A stretch of DNA of 64,000 nucleotides from Candidatus Eiseniibacteriota bacterium (GCA_963823555.1 CAWGMA010000001.1:608001-672000); one strand, 5' to 3'; shown: positions 20,753-30,872, counted from the first letter of the stretch. Program-made: numbers and translations. The notes: generated from the letters alone by a model not told the origin.

Positions 20753-21019
20753 TTGGCGACGCGCAAGATCCGCTTCGGTCTCTTGGCTTTGATCCTGTTC
20801 CTCGGATTGCTGACGGGATCGGCGGTCGGCAAGATGCTCGGCGTGATCCTGCCCGAAGGGGCGGTGCGGAGCTTCTTTGTCGAAGGTTTCAACTACGTCT
20901 TCGGCCCCCACACCATCAACTTCATCGTCTTCACGGTCACGATTGGATTCACGATCGACGTGAACGTGGTCGGCGTGCTCGGCGTCATCGTCCTCGCCCA
21001 GCTCCTGCGCTGGTACTGA
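20753..21019 (+). CDS. Small membrane protein (DUF4321-like)
   Basis: 88 aa, two hydrophobic segments, INFIVFTVTIGFTIDVN; TTG start after AAGGAGG. Confidence 0.65.
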   Translation: MATRKIRFGLLALILFLGLLTGSAVGKMLGVILPEGAVRSFFVEGFNYVFGPHTINFIVFTVTIGFTIDVNVVGVLGVIVLAQLLRWY

Positions 21020-21096
21020 GACGAAGGACCGGATGGTTGGTGACCCGCCCGGCGCGATGAGTGGGGATGCGGCAGGCGGCCTCGCCCGGGAGCGCC

Positions 21097-21125
21097 TTGC
21101 CTCGCCCCCCGGGGGCTGCTAGGCT
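21097..21125 (+). promoter_or_regulatory. sigma70-type promoter of tatA
   Basis: TTGCCT-17-TAGGCT. Confidence 0.45.
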
Positions 21126-21182
21126 CGCATTCGTGGCGGGCAAGATCTGCCCGCCGCCACGGGTCAGGAGAGCTTGAAGGCC

Positions 21183-21392
21183 ATGGGCAGTATCGGTACG
21201 CAAGAACTCATTATCATCCTAGTCATCGTTCTCCTCCTGTTCGGAGCCAAGCGGATCCCCGAAATCGCTCGCTCCATGGGGCATGGCATTCGCGAGTTCA
21301 AGAAGGCGACTCGGGAGATCACCGACGAGGTCAATTCGTCGGTCTCGGGGAAGGACGACGACAAGGACAAGCCGACGCGCCCATCCTCCTAG
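21183..21392 (+). CDS. tatA: Twin-arginine translocase TatA
   Basis: ELIIILVIVLLLFGAKRIPE...GIREFKK. Confidence 0.93.
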   Translation: MGSIGTQELIIILVIVLLLFGAKRIPEIARSMGHGIREFKKATREITDEVNSSVSGKDDDKDKPTRPSS

Positions 21393-21482
21393 CGCGCTCG
21401 AGCGAGGTAACGGAAGAGTCCCGCAGTGGCGCGCTCCACGACGCGCTGGCGCGGCGCCCGCTTTTTCTTCCGCAGCAGGAAA

Positions 21483-23282
21483 CTAGAAGAAGCGCGAGCG
21501 CCGGTCTTCGATGTCCGATCGACTTCTCATGTCGGCAAGCCAGGCCTCCAGCACCCCGTTCTGGCGCTCGCGTTCGAGGATCTGGCGAGCGGTCTGCCGC
21601 TGGCGATCGCGGTCGGCAGGTTCGGGAGGGAACAGCGAGTCGGCACGGACGACGAAGAAGCCCTTGTCGGTCTCGATGAGATCGGAGATCGCGCCGACTG
21701 ACAGGGCGAAGCTCTTGCCGATGAGCTCCGGATCGGCGCCTACCTCCCCGAAGTAACCCTTGCGCGCGAACTTGTTCGAGTCCCTGACCTCGAGAGTCTC
21801 GGCGCGGGCCGCGGCTTCCAGGGCCCCGGCGGCCTTGACCGCAGCGATCACCCGTTCAGCCTTGGTGCGCGCCAGCTCGTGCTGGCGGGAGCGGAGAACC
21901 TCGCGATCGACGCGCGTCCGGACCTCATCGAACGGGAGTGTCTCCGCCGGGCGCCGGTCCTCCACCTGGAAGATGACGAAGTCGTTCTCGGTCTCGATCG
22001 GAGTGCCCACCGCGCCCTTTGGGTGCTGGAAGGCCCACTCGACCGCCTCGCGCGCTCCGGTCAGGAGCGGGCTGAAGGAGTTGCGCTCGAAGAGGGCAGT
22101 GGTATCGGCCTCGACTCCGGCGCTGGCGGCGGCCGCCGCCATGCCGTGGCGCTTGGCCTGGTCGACGAGGGTGCGCGCCTCGCCGCGCAGTTCGGTAAGG
22201 GTCTCGGCTCCAGGCGTGATGCGCTGCTCGATGGTGGCAAAACGGCGGGCCGGCTCTCCCCCGATGACCGAGTCGGCAGTCACCTGGACGAGGATCACCC
22301 GGTTTGCGATCCGGATTGGCTCCGAGACCTGGCCCAGGGCGAGCGCGAAGACCTGATCGGCGAGCTCGGGTTCGACCTCGCGCTTCTGCATGTAGCGGCC
22401 GCGATCGCCGCCCTGCGCCGCGAAGGCGTCCTGGGAGAAGCTCTCGGCGATGCCAGCAAAGGTCACATCCCCGGCCCGGATCGTCGAGATGAACCCGCGC
22501 ACATCCTCGAGCACCTCGTTCTCGTCGGTTTCGCTCGGGGTCTTGGGAAGTCGTACCACGACGAGCTGGGCCCGCTCACCGACCTTGAAATCCTCCGGGT
22601 GGGCTTCGTAGTAGGCCCGAGCCTCCGCGTCGCTGATCTCGGTCGAGGACGCCGGGAAATTGCGGGGGTCGATCCAGAGGAAGCTCGCCCGCATGTTTTC
22701 GTAACGGTCACGGACGAACGCGTCGACGTCCCCCTCGGAGACCTTGGCCGCCGAGAGCACGGCGCGTTCGAGCTTCGACATGGGGAGCTGGAGGCGAGTC
22801 AGCTCCTCATACCAGGTGAACATCTCAGGGGTCCGGCGGAGGGCTTCCTGGTAGACTGCGACGTTGATCTGACCCGTGGCCGTGTCGATGAAAGCGGGAT
22901 TCTGGCGCAGCTCATCCGGCGGGTTCTGGCGCACCCAGAACACCACCTCGTCGTCGGAGAGCGGGAGAGCTCTCTTGGCAGCGGCCTGGCTCACCAGGAT
23001 CTCATCGATCATCTGCTGCCAGGTCTGGTCGGCGACCCGGCGCTCGTCCTCGAGGGTCGGTTCGCGGTCACCCCGGGCGCGCAGAGCCTGCAGGTTGGCC
23101 GTGAGTCGCCGCTGGTAGGTCTGGTAGGGGATCTCCTGGCCGTTCACCCAGCCGACGGCGCCGGCGGTTCCCTGCTTGCCGAATTGCAGGTCCGCGCCCC
23201 AGACCAGGATGATGAAACCAACAAAGGCGATGACGACGAACCAGAGGATGATGCGGGTGTTGTTACGCAGGGTTTGCAGCAT
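21483..23282 (-). CDS. SurA N-terminal/PpiD-like peptidyl-prolyl isomerase chaperone
   Basis: N-terminal TM, VNGQEI, parvulin-like AESFSQD...GGDRG...GQVSEPI. Confidence 0.85.
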   Translation of the reverse strand: MLQTLRNNTRIILWFVVIAFVGFIILVWGADLQFGKQGTAGAVGWVNGQEIPYQTYQRRLTANLQALRARGDREPTLEDERRVADQTWQQMIDEILVSQAAAKRALPLSDDEVVFWVRQNPPDELRQNPAFIDTATGQINVAVYQEALRRTPEMFTWYEELTRLQLPMSKLERAVLSAAKVSEGDVDAFVRDRYENMRASFLWIDPRNFPASSTEISDAEARAYYEAHPEDFKVGERAQLVVVRLPKTPSETDENEVLEDVRGFISTIRAGDVTFAGIAESFSQDAFAAQGGDRGRYMQKREVEPELADQVFALALGQVSEPIRIANRVILVQVTADSVIGGEPARRFATIEQRITPGAETLTELRGEARTLVDQAKRHGMAAAAASAGVEADTTALFERNSFSPLLTGAREAVEWAFQHPKGAVGTPIETENDFVIFQVEDRRPAETLPFDEVRTRVDREVLRSRQHELARTKAERVIAAVKAAGALEAAARAETLEVRDSNKFARKGYFGEVGADPELIGKSFALSVGAISDLIETDKGFFVVRADSLFPPEPADRDRQRQTARQILERERQNGVLEAWLADMRSRSDIEDRRSRFF

Positions 23283-23527
23283 GAGTTCGATCTTCCTGGG
23301 CGCGAGCCTGGGGGACGGTGCCTACGGCTCGCATCGCTAAGGGACGAGGCCACCTCGGATCCCGTCCGCGGCGCGCAGCGCGGGCGGGCGAAGGACCAAA
23401 GATTGAACCATAGGGCCGGCTCTGATTCAAGGCCGGGCTCGACCCTCCCGGCCCCGGGGACTCGTCCCGGTGCGGGGTCGGTGGCGAGGCGCCGGGTCTT
23501 CCGGTTCGCCGGCGCGACCGGCTCTCC

Positions 23528-23556
23528 TTGACGCACCAGGGTCCCGTTTCTAGACT
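23528..23556 (+). promoter_or_regulatory. sigma70-type promoter
   Basis: TTGACG-17-TAGACT. Confidence 0.6.
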
Positions 23557-23631
23557 TCGCGCGCCTCCGGCCGCCGAGCTGGGAGCCGCAGATGCGACCT
23601 GACTCCTGGAGAAGGAGGTTGCTCCGGCACC

Positions 23632-24966
23632 ATGGGCTTCGAGACGACGCTCGTCCTGCTAGTCAGCCTCCTCGTGCTGTCGGCGTTCCTCTCTGCGTCT
23701 GAAACCGCCCTCTTCAGCCTGAACCGCATTCAGATCAGGCGCTTGCAGGGCTCCCGCCACCGTCGCGACCGCGCCGTGGTCCGCCTGCTGGAGCACCCCG
23801 CCGATCTCCTGTCGGCGATCCTCGTGGCCAATACGCTGGTCAACGTGGCCTTCACGGCGCTCATCACCGACTTCCTCCTCGATCGACTGGGACTGGAACC
23901 GCAGCAGGCGGCCGTCCAGGCGGCGGTCGTGGCCACGATCCTCATCATCTTCTTCGGGGAGATCACGCCGAAGACGGTGGCGATCCGCGGGGCCGAGGTG
24001 ATCGCTCCCCGCGTGGCCGGTCCGCTGCAGGTGATCAGTCTGGTGCTCCGCCCGGTCGTTCTCGTGCTGTCACGCCTTGCCTACGCCGCACTCCGGCCCT
24101 TCGGTATTCGCGGCGCGTTCACCGGCCTGAGGGGACTCACCCAGGCCGAGCTCCGCACCCTCTTCGAAGAGGTGGGAGAGGATCAGGTCCTGAGCCGGGC
24201 CGAGCGCGAGATTGCAGCCCGCATCTTCGAGTTCTCGGCCACCAGGGCGGCCGAGGTCATGACTCCACGAGTCGATATCCGGAGCGCCGACCGTCGCGTC
24301 AGCCGTCAAGCCCTGGCCGAGGTGATCAGGACCTCACGCCATGCGCGAATTCCCATCTCCGAAGGCTCCATCGATCACATTGTCGGTTTCGTGAGCGCCA
24401 AGGAGTACCTCCTCGATCCGGGCGCCGGGCTTGATGAGCTCCTGAAGCCCGTGCTCTTCGTCCCGGAGACCAAGCCGGCCAACGAGATATTCCACGAAAT
24501 CCAGCGCCGGCGGATCGGCATGGTCGTGGTGGTCGACGAGTACGGCCATACCGTTGGCATCATCACCAAGGAGGATCTGGTCGAGGAGATCGTCGGCGAG
24601 ATCTACGACGAATACGAGTCCGAGTCCGAACCCATCGTGAAGGTGGGTCCGGATCGCTATCGGGTGAGCGGGCGGGCCGCCGTCGACGAGCTGGAGGCAC
24701 GCTTCGGCGTGTCATTCGATACCGAGGCAGTCACTTTGAACGGTCTCCTGGCCGACTATCTGGGCGGCATCCCGCGCCCCGGGGAGCGCCTGGAGGACCA
24801 TGGGTTGCGCTTCATCGTGCTCGAAGTGCGCCGCCACCGCGTCCACCGCTGCGAGATCCAGCGCTTGAGCCCGGGGGGTGAAGAGGAAGGCAGTGCAGGC
24901 CGTTCCGGTGCCGGCACGCGAGCAACGAGAGACGCAGGCGCCGGGCGGAGGCGGGGGCCACGATGA
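23632..24966 (+). CDS. CNNM/CBS/CorC (hemolysin family) transporter
   Basis: [37 protein letters not shown]. Confidence 0.92.
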   Translation: MGFETTLVLLVSLLVLSAFLSASETALFSLNRIQIRRLQGSRHRRDRAVVRLLEHPADLLSAILVANTLVNVAFTALITDFLLDRLGLEPQQAAVQAAVVATILIIFFGEITPKTVAIRGAEVIAPRVAGPLQVISLVLRPVVLVLSRLAYAALRPFGIRGAFTGLRGLTQAELRTLFEEVGEDQVLSRAEREIAARIFEFSATRAAEVMTPRVDIRSADRRVSRQALAEVIRTSRHARIPISEGSIDHIVGFVSAKEYLLDPGAGLDELLKPVLFVPETKPANEIFHEIQRRRIGMVVVVDEYGHTVGIITKEDLVEEIVGEIYDEYESESEPIVKVGPDRYRVSGRAAVDELEARFGVSFDTEAVTLNGLLADYLGGIPRPGERLEDHGLRFIVLEVRRHRVHRCEIQRLSPGGEEEGSAGRSGAGTRATRDAGAGRRRGPR

Positions 24967-26240
24967 GTTCCGAGCTCCTGGCCTGGATGTTCGTTGCCGC
25001 CACGGTGGTCGCTGCCGCCTTCTTCAACGGAGCCGAGATGGGGCTCATCTCGGTCAACCGACTCAGGTTGCGTCAGGCTGCCGAGCGCGGGAGCGGCACT
25101 GCCCTCGTCCTTCGCCGCCTCCTCGATCGCCAGGAGGCCGTGCTCACCACCTGTCTCCTCGGCATCAACTTCTTCACCGTGTCGGGAGCCGCGGTGGCCA
25201 CCTCGCTGCTCGAGCACCGGATGGGCGACGCCGGGGCGCTGCTGGCGACGATTCTCATGACCGTGGCCCACGTCATCTTCGCCGAGATCATGCCCAAGGC
25301 CCTCTTTCGCCAGCTCGCCGACCAGCTCATGCTCCTTGCAGCGCCCATCCTTCGTCTGGTTCTGCTTCTCGCTTCCCCGCTCGTCGGCGCTATCACGGCG
25401 GCCTACCGCCTCTTTCTGCCTGGCCCCCGGAGTCTCTTCGTGAGCCGGGAAGAGCTGCTCGTGCTCGTTCGCGAGGCAACCCAGGAAGCGGGGTCCCGCT
25501 TTCGGGAGCGGAAGATGCTCGAGTCCGTCTTCGACTTCTCGGAGACGGTGGCCCGCGAGGTCATGATTCCCCTCTCGGATGTGGTCGCCATCGATGAACA
25601 GGCGCCCCGCCAGGCCTTTCTCGATCTTGTCCGCCGGCACGGGCACACCCGGATCCCGGTCTATCGCCAGCGCCCCGACCGGATCGCGGGTTTCGTCAAC
25701 GTTTTCGATCTCCTGGTCGACCAGGCCCCGCAGCCCCGGGTGGCCGACTACCGCCGCGACATCCCGATCTTCCCCGATTCCAAGCGCATCGATCGCTTGC
25801 TCCGGGATCTGCAGGCCCGGCGGGCGTCCATGGCCGCGGTCGTGAACGAGTTCGGAATGGTGATCGGGATCGTCACCGTCGAGGACATCATCGAGGAGAT
25901 CATGGGCGAGCTCACCGACGAGCACGAGGAGGCCGCGCCCCGGATCCGCCGCGTCGCTCCGGATGCCTACCTGGTGGATGCGCGTACCGATGTCGATGAC
26001 CTGAACCAGGAGCTAGGGCTGGCCCTGCCCAAGGAGCGCTACGACACCTTGGGCGGGCTTCTCTTGAAGCGCTTTGGTCGCGTCCCGCGCCCCGGGGAGT
26101 CGGTGCGCTTCCGTGGCGTGCGGCTCCGTGTCGAGGAGGCTGACGACTATGCCGTGCGCTGGGTGCGACTGTCCCGCTCCGGACGGGATCAGGAAACGCG
26201 TGGAAAGGGCATTGTCGAGGCGGGACCGGGTGCGAGTTGA
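24963..26240 (+). CDS. Second CNNM/CBS/CorC protein
   Basis: FFNGAEMG, EIMPK, VNEFG, EDIIEEIMGE, TLGG. Confidence 0.92.
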   Translation: MSSELLAWMFVAATVVAAAFFNGAEMGLISVNRLRLRQAAERGSGTALVLRRLLDRQEAVLTTCLLGINFFTVSGAAVATSLLEHRMGDAGALLATILMTVAHVIFAEIMPKALFRQLADQLMLLAAPILRLVLLLASPLVGAITAAYRLFLPGPRSLFVSREELLVLVREATQEAGSRFRERKMLESVFDFSETVAREVMIPLSDVVAIDEQAPRQAFLDLVRRHGHTRIPVYRQRPDRIAGFVNVFDLLVDQAPQPRVADYRRDIPIFPDSKRIDRLLRDLQARRASMAAVVNEFGMVIGIVTVEDIIEEIMGELTDEHEEAAPRIRRVAPDAYLVDARTDVDDLNQELGLALPKERYDTLGGLLLKRFGRVPRPGESVRFRGVRLRVEEADDYAVRWVRLSRSGRDQETRGKGIVEAGPGAS

Positions 26241-26260
26241 CGAGTCTTGTGCATTCTCCG

Positions 26261-26290
26261 TTGACAAGTTGAAATCAACATCGCTATTTT
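26261..26290 (+). promoter_or_regulatory. sigma70-type promoter with a palindrome in the spacer
   Basis: TTGACA-18-TATTTT; GTTGA-AA-TCAAC at 26268-26279. Confidence 0.5.
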
Positions 26291-26381
26291 GGCCGCGTGC
26301 AACGAGTCGCATCGCTCGCACGATGCGAGCGCGGCTCGAGCCGCCCGCCGGCGGCCCCGGTTTACGAGGTGACATCCCGGA

Positions 26382-27482
26382 ATGGCCGAATCGAGCCCGA
26401 CACTCGACACGCTGCGCTTCGCGGACACCATCCTCGACAGTCTCGATCATGGCGTGCTGGCTATCGATGCGGAGAACCGCATCGTGTTCGTCAACCGTAT
26501 CGCCGAGGGCATCCTGAGCCTGACCCGGGAGGAACTCTGCGGCGCGGTGCTTGCCGACGTGCTCCGGACCCCGCGGAACTCACGGTGGCTGGTCTACGAT
26601 CCGGAGCGGGTCTCGACCGAGGAGTTCCACCGGGTGCGCCGAGTGAAGGACGGGAATCGGATCATCCTCCGCTCCCGCACCATTCCCTTGCGCGATGCCG
26701 AGGGAGTGGTGTTGGGCACGGCCGCCCTCTTCACGGAGGCGGCCGACGAGGATGAGGTCCTGCACACCGATCGCGACCGGCTGATCTCCCTGGGAGAGCT
26801 CTCGGCCTCGGTTGCCCACGAGATCCGGAATCCCCTGACCGGTATCCGCACAACCGTGCAGTTCGTCCAGTCGAAGCTCGAGGCGGGGGATCCCCGGCGC
26901 GAGGACCTGGATGATGTCATCAGCGAGCTCGATCGCATCGACCAGATCATCACGGACCTCCTCTTGTTCGCCCGCCCCAAGCCGGTGCGCTCGGCGCCGA
27001 TGGACATGAACCCGCTCGTGGGCAAGGTCCTGGACAGCCTGGCGGGCCGGTTCGAGGAGAGCAACATCGTCGTCAAGCGCATCTTCGCCGAGGACCTGCC
27101 CCCGGTGCTCGGCGACTCCGATCTGATGAGTCAGGTCTTCTTCAATCTGGTATCGAATGCCATCGAGGCCATGCAGCCCGGAGGGGGTGAGCTCAAGGTG
27201 ACGACCACGGTGCGGCGGAGTCCCTCTGGCAAGCAGCGGCTCAATGTGTTCGTCTCGGACACGGGCTGCGGCATTCCTGAAAAGCACATAGAGGAGATCT
27301 TCGCCCCGTTCTTCACCACCCGCTCGATGGGTACCGGGCTCGGGCTGTCCATTTCCTTGCAGATCGTCCGCGCCCACTCGGGCAGCATCGCCCCCCGCAA
27401 CCGGCGCAATGGCGGGGCCACGTTCCGAGTGAGCCTCCCGGCCCTCGGGGCCGGGGAGCCACCGGGAGGTGTAGAGGAGTGA
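26382..27482 (+). CDS. Cytoplasmic PAS-domain sensor histidine kinase (NtrB/AtoS-like)
   Basis: PAS (IVFVN..AE), AHEIRNPL, NLVSNA, DTGCGI, GTGLGL; no TM. Confidence 0.92.
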   Translation: MAESSPTLDTLRFADTILDSLDHGVLAIDAENRIVFVNRIAEGILSLTREELCGAVLADVLRTPRNSRWLVYDPERVSTEEFHRVRRVKDGNRIILRSRTIPLRDAEGVVLGTAALFTEAADEDEVLHTDRDRLISLGELSASVAHEIRNPLTGIRTTVQFVQSKLEAGDPRREDLDDVISELDRIDQIITDLLLFARPKPVRSAPMDMNPLVGKVLDSLAGRFEESNIVVKRIFAEDLPPVLGDSDLMSQVFFNLVSNAIEAMQPGGGELKVTTTVRRSPSGKQRLNVFVSDTGCGIPEKHIEEIFAPFFTTRSMGTGLGLSISLQIVRAHSGSIAPRNRRNGGATFRVSLPALGAGEPPGGVEE

Positions 27483-28849
27483 AGCACTCGATCCTGGTGG
27501 TGGATGACGAGAGGTCGGTCCGGACCTCGCTCAATCGGGCCCTGTCCGATGCCGGCTTCGATGTCCAGACCGTGGATTCGGTGGCCGCCGGCCGCGCGGT
27601 CCTCCTCAATTCACCGCCCGAGGTGGTGATCTCCGATCTGCGCCTCCCCGACGGGACCGGGCTCGAGATCCTGCAAGAGGCGAGGCGGCTGAACCGCGGT
27701 ATCCAGACCATCCTGATCACGGCTTACGGGGATATCCACCAGGCGGTGGAGGCGATGAAGGCGGGGGCGGGTGACTTCCTGAAGAAGCCCTATGAGCTGG
27801 AGGAGCTTCTCCTCGCTGTGCGATCAGCGGTCCGCAACCTGGAGCGCGAGACCCAGCTCGACGGCTTCCGTCGCCGTGCCCTGGAGCGCCATCATGCCGA
27901 CCAGATGATCGGCCGGTGCCCGGCCATGCAGGAGATCGCCCGGCTCATCGAGAAGGTGTCGCATTCCGAGGCGACCTCCGTGCTCATCACCGGAGAGTCC
28001 GGAACCGGGAAGGAGCTGGTTGCCAGGGCCCTCCACTACGGCAGCGCCAGAGCTCCCTATCCCCTGCAGGAGGTGAACTGCTCGAGCTTCCAGGAGGCGC
28101 TTCTCGAGAACGAGCTCTTCGGGCACGAACGGGGGGCCTTCACCGATGCCCGGGAGGCCAAGAAGGGGCTGGTCGAGCTCTGTGACAAGGGCACCCTCTT
28201 TCTCGATGAAGTGGGGGAGATGCCGCTCTCGACTCAGGCCAAGCTCCTGCGTTTCATCGACCAGAAGACATTCAAGCGCGTGGGAGGCGTCCAGGATATC
28301 GTGGTGGATATCCGGATCGTCGCTGCCACGAACAAGGATCTGGATGACGCCGTCGCCGAAGGTTCCTTCCGGGAGGACCTCTACTATCGCCTCAAGGTCA
28401 TCTCGATCCATATGCCGCCGCTCCGCGATCGCGGCGAGGATATCCTGATCCTGGCCGAGCATTTCCTTGCTCAGTATAGTCGCAAGTTCCGGAAGCACTT
28501 CCGCCAGATATCTGATGCTGCTTCCAAGATCCTCCTGGCCTATTCATGGCCGGGGAACGTCCGGGAGCTCAAGAACGTGCTCGAGCGCGCGGTCCTCCTG
28601 GAGGATGGCGTTGAGCTCACCCCGGACCTCCTCCCGCCCGAGGTCACGCGCTGCGTCAAGGCCAACGGCTCCGGCCGCCTGCAGAGCCTCGCCGAGGTGG
28701 AAGAGAGCCATGTGCTCTCCGTTCTCGAGTCGACGGGATGGAACAAGTCGCGTGCCGCCCGCGTGCTCGGTATCTCGCGTCAAGGACTCCTCGACCGCTT
28801 GAAGCGCATGAAGGTCGAGGCAATCGAGCATGGCGCCGAGCGCGCTTGA
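27479..28849 (+). CDS. sigma54-dependent response regulator (REC-AAA+-Fis HTH)
   Basis: DLRLPD, GESGTGKE, GAFTDA, LFLDE, WPGNVREL, NKSRAARVLGISR. Confidence 0.95.
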   Translation: MKHSILVVDDERSVRTSLNRALSDAGFDVQTVDSVAAGRAVLLNSPPEVVISDLRLPDGTGLEILQEARRLNRGIQTILITAYGDIHQAVEAMKAGAGDFLKKPYELEELLLAVRSAVRNLERETQLDGFRRRALERHHADQMIGRCPAMQEIARLIEKVSHSEATSVLITGESGTGKELVARALHYGSARAPYPLQEVNCSSFQEALLENELFGHERGAFTDAREAKKGLVELCDKGTLFLDEVGEMPLSTQAKLLRFIDQKTFKRVGGVQDIVVDIRIVAATNKDLDDAVAEGSFREDLYYRLKVISIHMPPLRDRGEDILILAEHFLAQYSRKFRKHFRQISDAASKILLAYSWPGNVRELKNVLERAVLLEDGVELTPDLLPPEVTRCVKANGSGRLQSLAEVEESHVLSVLESTGWNKSRAARVLGISRQGLLDRLKRMKVEAIEHGAERA

Positions 28850-28994
28850 TCCATCTGCACGCTGCTCGACATCAATTACTACGGTTCGCGAACATCGATC
28901 GCTTCATGCGCCTCTCCTGATTGAGTACAACCATGCAAAGTGTGTGCACTCTGTCCATTAACTTGGCGGCTGGAGCGCTTCGCCATGGTCGGTT

Positions 28995-29007
28995 CAATCC
29001 ATTGATA
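28995..29007 (-). promoter_or_regulatory. IHF-like binding site
   Basis: Minus strand TATCAATGGATTG matches WATCAANNNNTTR in a lower-GC spacer. Confidence 0.5.
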
Positions 29008-29197
29008 GGCAACGTGTTGCAGGCAATCGGCCGCAATCTCATATGGAGCTATCAAGAAACTGGGCAAAAAGGGTGGTTTGGAAGTGCCTTCTATGATGTA
29101 GAAGAGGTCGCTGGCGAGGGCCGGACGGTCAGCTCAATTCTATGCTGCTCTTCACGATACACGGGGCAGTGCGCTACCACGCCGTGAATTCGTGAAT

Positions 29198-29213
29198 TGG
29201 TACGCGGGTTGCA
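29198..29213 (+). promoter_or_regulatory. sigma54 (-24/-12) promoter
   Basis: TGGTAC-GCGGG-TTGCA versus consensus TGGCAC-N5-TTGC. Confidence 0.75.
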
Positions 29214-29255
29214 TCTGTGACAGGCGAGGTGAGACCCGCTATGGAGGTCCTGGTC

Positions 29256-29630
29256 TTGTCAAAGAGCGTGCTGATCGTCGACGACGAGCGCCTCATTGCG
29301 CGTACGTTGTCCAGTGCGCTCATGGAGGCAGGATTCGATACGCGGGTCGCTTCGAGCGCCGAGACGGCCGAGAAGCAGCTCTTCAACGCCGATTCGGAGT
29401 TCGATCTGATCATCATCGACAACCGGTTGCCGAAGGGAAGTGGGCTCGGTCTCCTCAAGAAGCTGAAGGCGGGTAATGTCGATGTCAAAGTCATCCTCAT
29501 GACTGCCTACGACAGCCCGGAGACCAAGGCCGAAGCCAGGCGGCTGGGAGTCCAACGTTACATCACCAAGCCATTCGATCTCGGGGCGATGATCACTGAG
29601 GTCGAGACCTTGGTCGGTCCGGCGCGCTGA
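29256..29630 (+). CDS. Single-domain response regulator (receiver only)
   Basis: VLIVDDE, IIIDNRLP, MTAY, ITKPF; TTG start after GGAGG (alternative ATG 29241). Confidence 0.9.
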   Translation: MSKSVLIVDDERLIARTLSSALMEAGFDTRVASSAETAEKQLFNADSEFDLIIIDNRLPKGSGLGLLKKLKAGNVDVKVILMTAYDSPETKAEARRLGVQRYITKPFDLGAMITEVETLVGPAR

Positions 29631-29684
29631 GCGCCAGGGTTCGTGCCCGGGTCAGAGACTGGTCTCTCACAGGGGGTAAACGGA

Positions 29685-30149
29685 ATGGCGGCTCGTAAGA
29701 AGGCCACGCGCAAGAAGGCCACGCGCAAGAAGGCCACGCGCAAGAAGGTTACGCGCAAGGCTGTGCGCAAGAAGGCAGTGCGCCGGAAGGTTGCGCGCAA
29801 GGCTGTGCGCAAGAAGGCAGTGCGTCGGAAGGTTGCGCGCAAGGCTGTGCGCAAGAAGGCCACCCGCAAGAAGGTTGCGCGCAAGGCTGTGCGCAAGAAG
29901 GCCACCCGGAAGGCAGTGCGCCGGAAGGTTGCGCGCAAGGCTGTGCGCAAGAAGGCCACCCGGAAGGCAGTGCGCCGGAAGGTTGCGCGCAAGGCTGTGC
30001 GCAAGAAGGCCACCCGGAAGGCAGTGCGCCGGAAGGTTGCCCGCAAGGCAATCGCCAAGAAGGCCACGCGCAAGAAGGCCACGCGCAAGAAGGCCACTCG
30101 CAAGAAGAAGGAACTGGCAGCCGAGCTTCCTTCGATCTTCACCATGTAG
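29685..30149 (+). CDS. Histone H1-like/Hc2-like basic repeat protein (154 aa)
   Basis: Almost wholly K/R/A/V/T repeats (TRKKA, RKAVR, RRKVA); short ELAAELPSIFTM tail. Confidence 0.8.
   Translation: MAARKKATRKKATRKKATRKKVTRKAVRKKAVRRKVARKAVRKKAVRRKVARKAVRKKATRKKVARKAVRKKATRKAVRRKVARKAVRKKATRKAVRRKVARKAVRKKATRKAVRRKVARKAIAKKATRKKATRKKATRKKKELAAELPSIFTM
29695..30110 (+). repeat. Coding tandem repeats (15, 42 and 54 bp units)
   Basis: AAGGCCACGCGCAAG units at both ends; 14-aa RKAVRKKAVRRKVA x2; 18-aa ARKAVRKKATRKAVRRKV x3. Confidence 0.9.
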
Positions 30150-30283
30150 GTCGGACGTTCGGGGCACGTCCTGAGGGGCGGTCCAGACCGGTGATCCCGG
30201 ACTGGGCCGCCCTCTCTTTGTGGAACCAGTTTGATGGAGCCGGGAGGTGGTTGCGGGGATGGCAGCGGACCGGCCGCTGCAGG

Positions 30284-30838
30284 TCAGCGGCTGGTCTCTG
30301 TCGTGTCGTCCTCGGCACCATGGAAACGCAGGCCGAAGGCGATGTAGTCGAAGTCGTACTCGCTCGGCAGCGTGTAGCGGGCTTCGGTGTAGAGGTCGAC
30401 TTTGCTCCCATGGATGAGGCGTGCTCCGACGAATGCATGCCACTTGAGAGCACCCCGGGAGTCCGTGAGGACATCGCCGAAGTCGCCGAGGCTGCTCCAG
30501 GAGCCGACAACGTGAGCGCCAGGGCCGGTAGCCAGCCATGGGCTGAAGGCCCCGCCTTCGAAACCAGGGATGACGAAGCGCAGCAGCAGATAGGTGGACA
30601 ACGCCACGTTTGCCACATTGTCGCGGTAGGCGAAGTGGCCCTCGACGCGCGCGGGAAAGTCGAGATGGTAGCTGGGCGGGACGTTCCTGATCGGCAGGGC
30701 GACTTCGTACCCGCCCATAACCTCCCAGTCATAGAACCCCCGAGTGGCGGCCCCGGCGGCGAGCACATCGGCTGAGGCGGGCGAGGCGCCGGCGAGACCG
30801 ATGGCGAGCCCCACCAGGGTGATCGACCTGCGGAACAT
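30284..30838 (-). CDS. Probable small outer-membrane beta-barrel protein
   Basis: Signal peptide (ASPASA), alternating beta pattern, YTEARY, FGLRF near the end. Confidence 0.6.
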   Translation of the reverse strand: MFRRSITLVGLAIGLAGASPASADVLAAGAATRGFYDWEVMGGYEVALPIRNVPPSYHLDFPARVEGHFAYRDNVANVALSTYLLLRFVIPGFEGGAFSPWLATGPGAHVVGSWSSLGDFGDVLTDSRGALKWHAFVGARLIHGSKVDLYTEARYTLPSEYDFDYIAFGLRFHGAEDDTTETSR

Positions 30839-30872
30839 GGGGCCGCGCTTTTCACGCCGCCCGGTCATCATC

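Noticed and set aside
23557..23631. Metal-sensing riboswitch ahead of the CNNM genes
   Set aside because: Short leader with no recognisable M-box or yybP-ykoY consensus.
23632..26240. Tandem CNNM paralogs as a novelty
   Set aside because: Paired CNNM/CBS genes are common in bacteria.
28130..28152. GAFTDA instead of GAFTGA in the sigma54 activator
   Set aside because: A common natural variant that keeps the key F and T; not evidence of inactivity.
29695..30110. Repeat array as CRISPR
   Set aside because: Codon-phased tandem repeats with no unique spacers and no cas genes.
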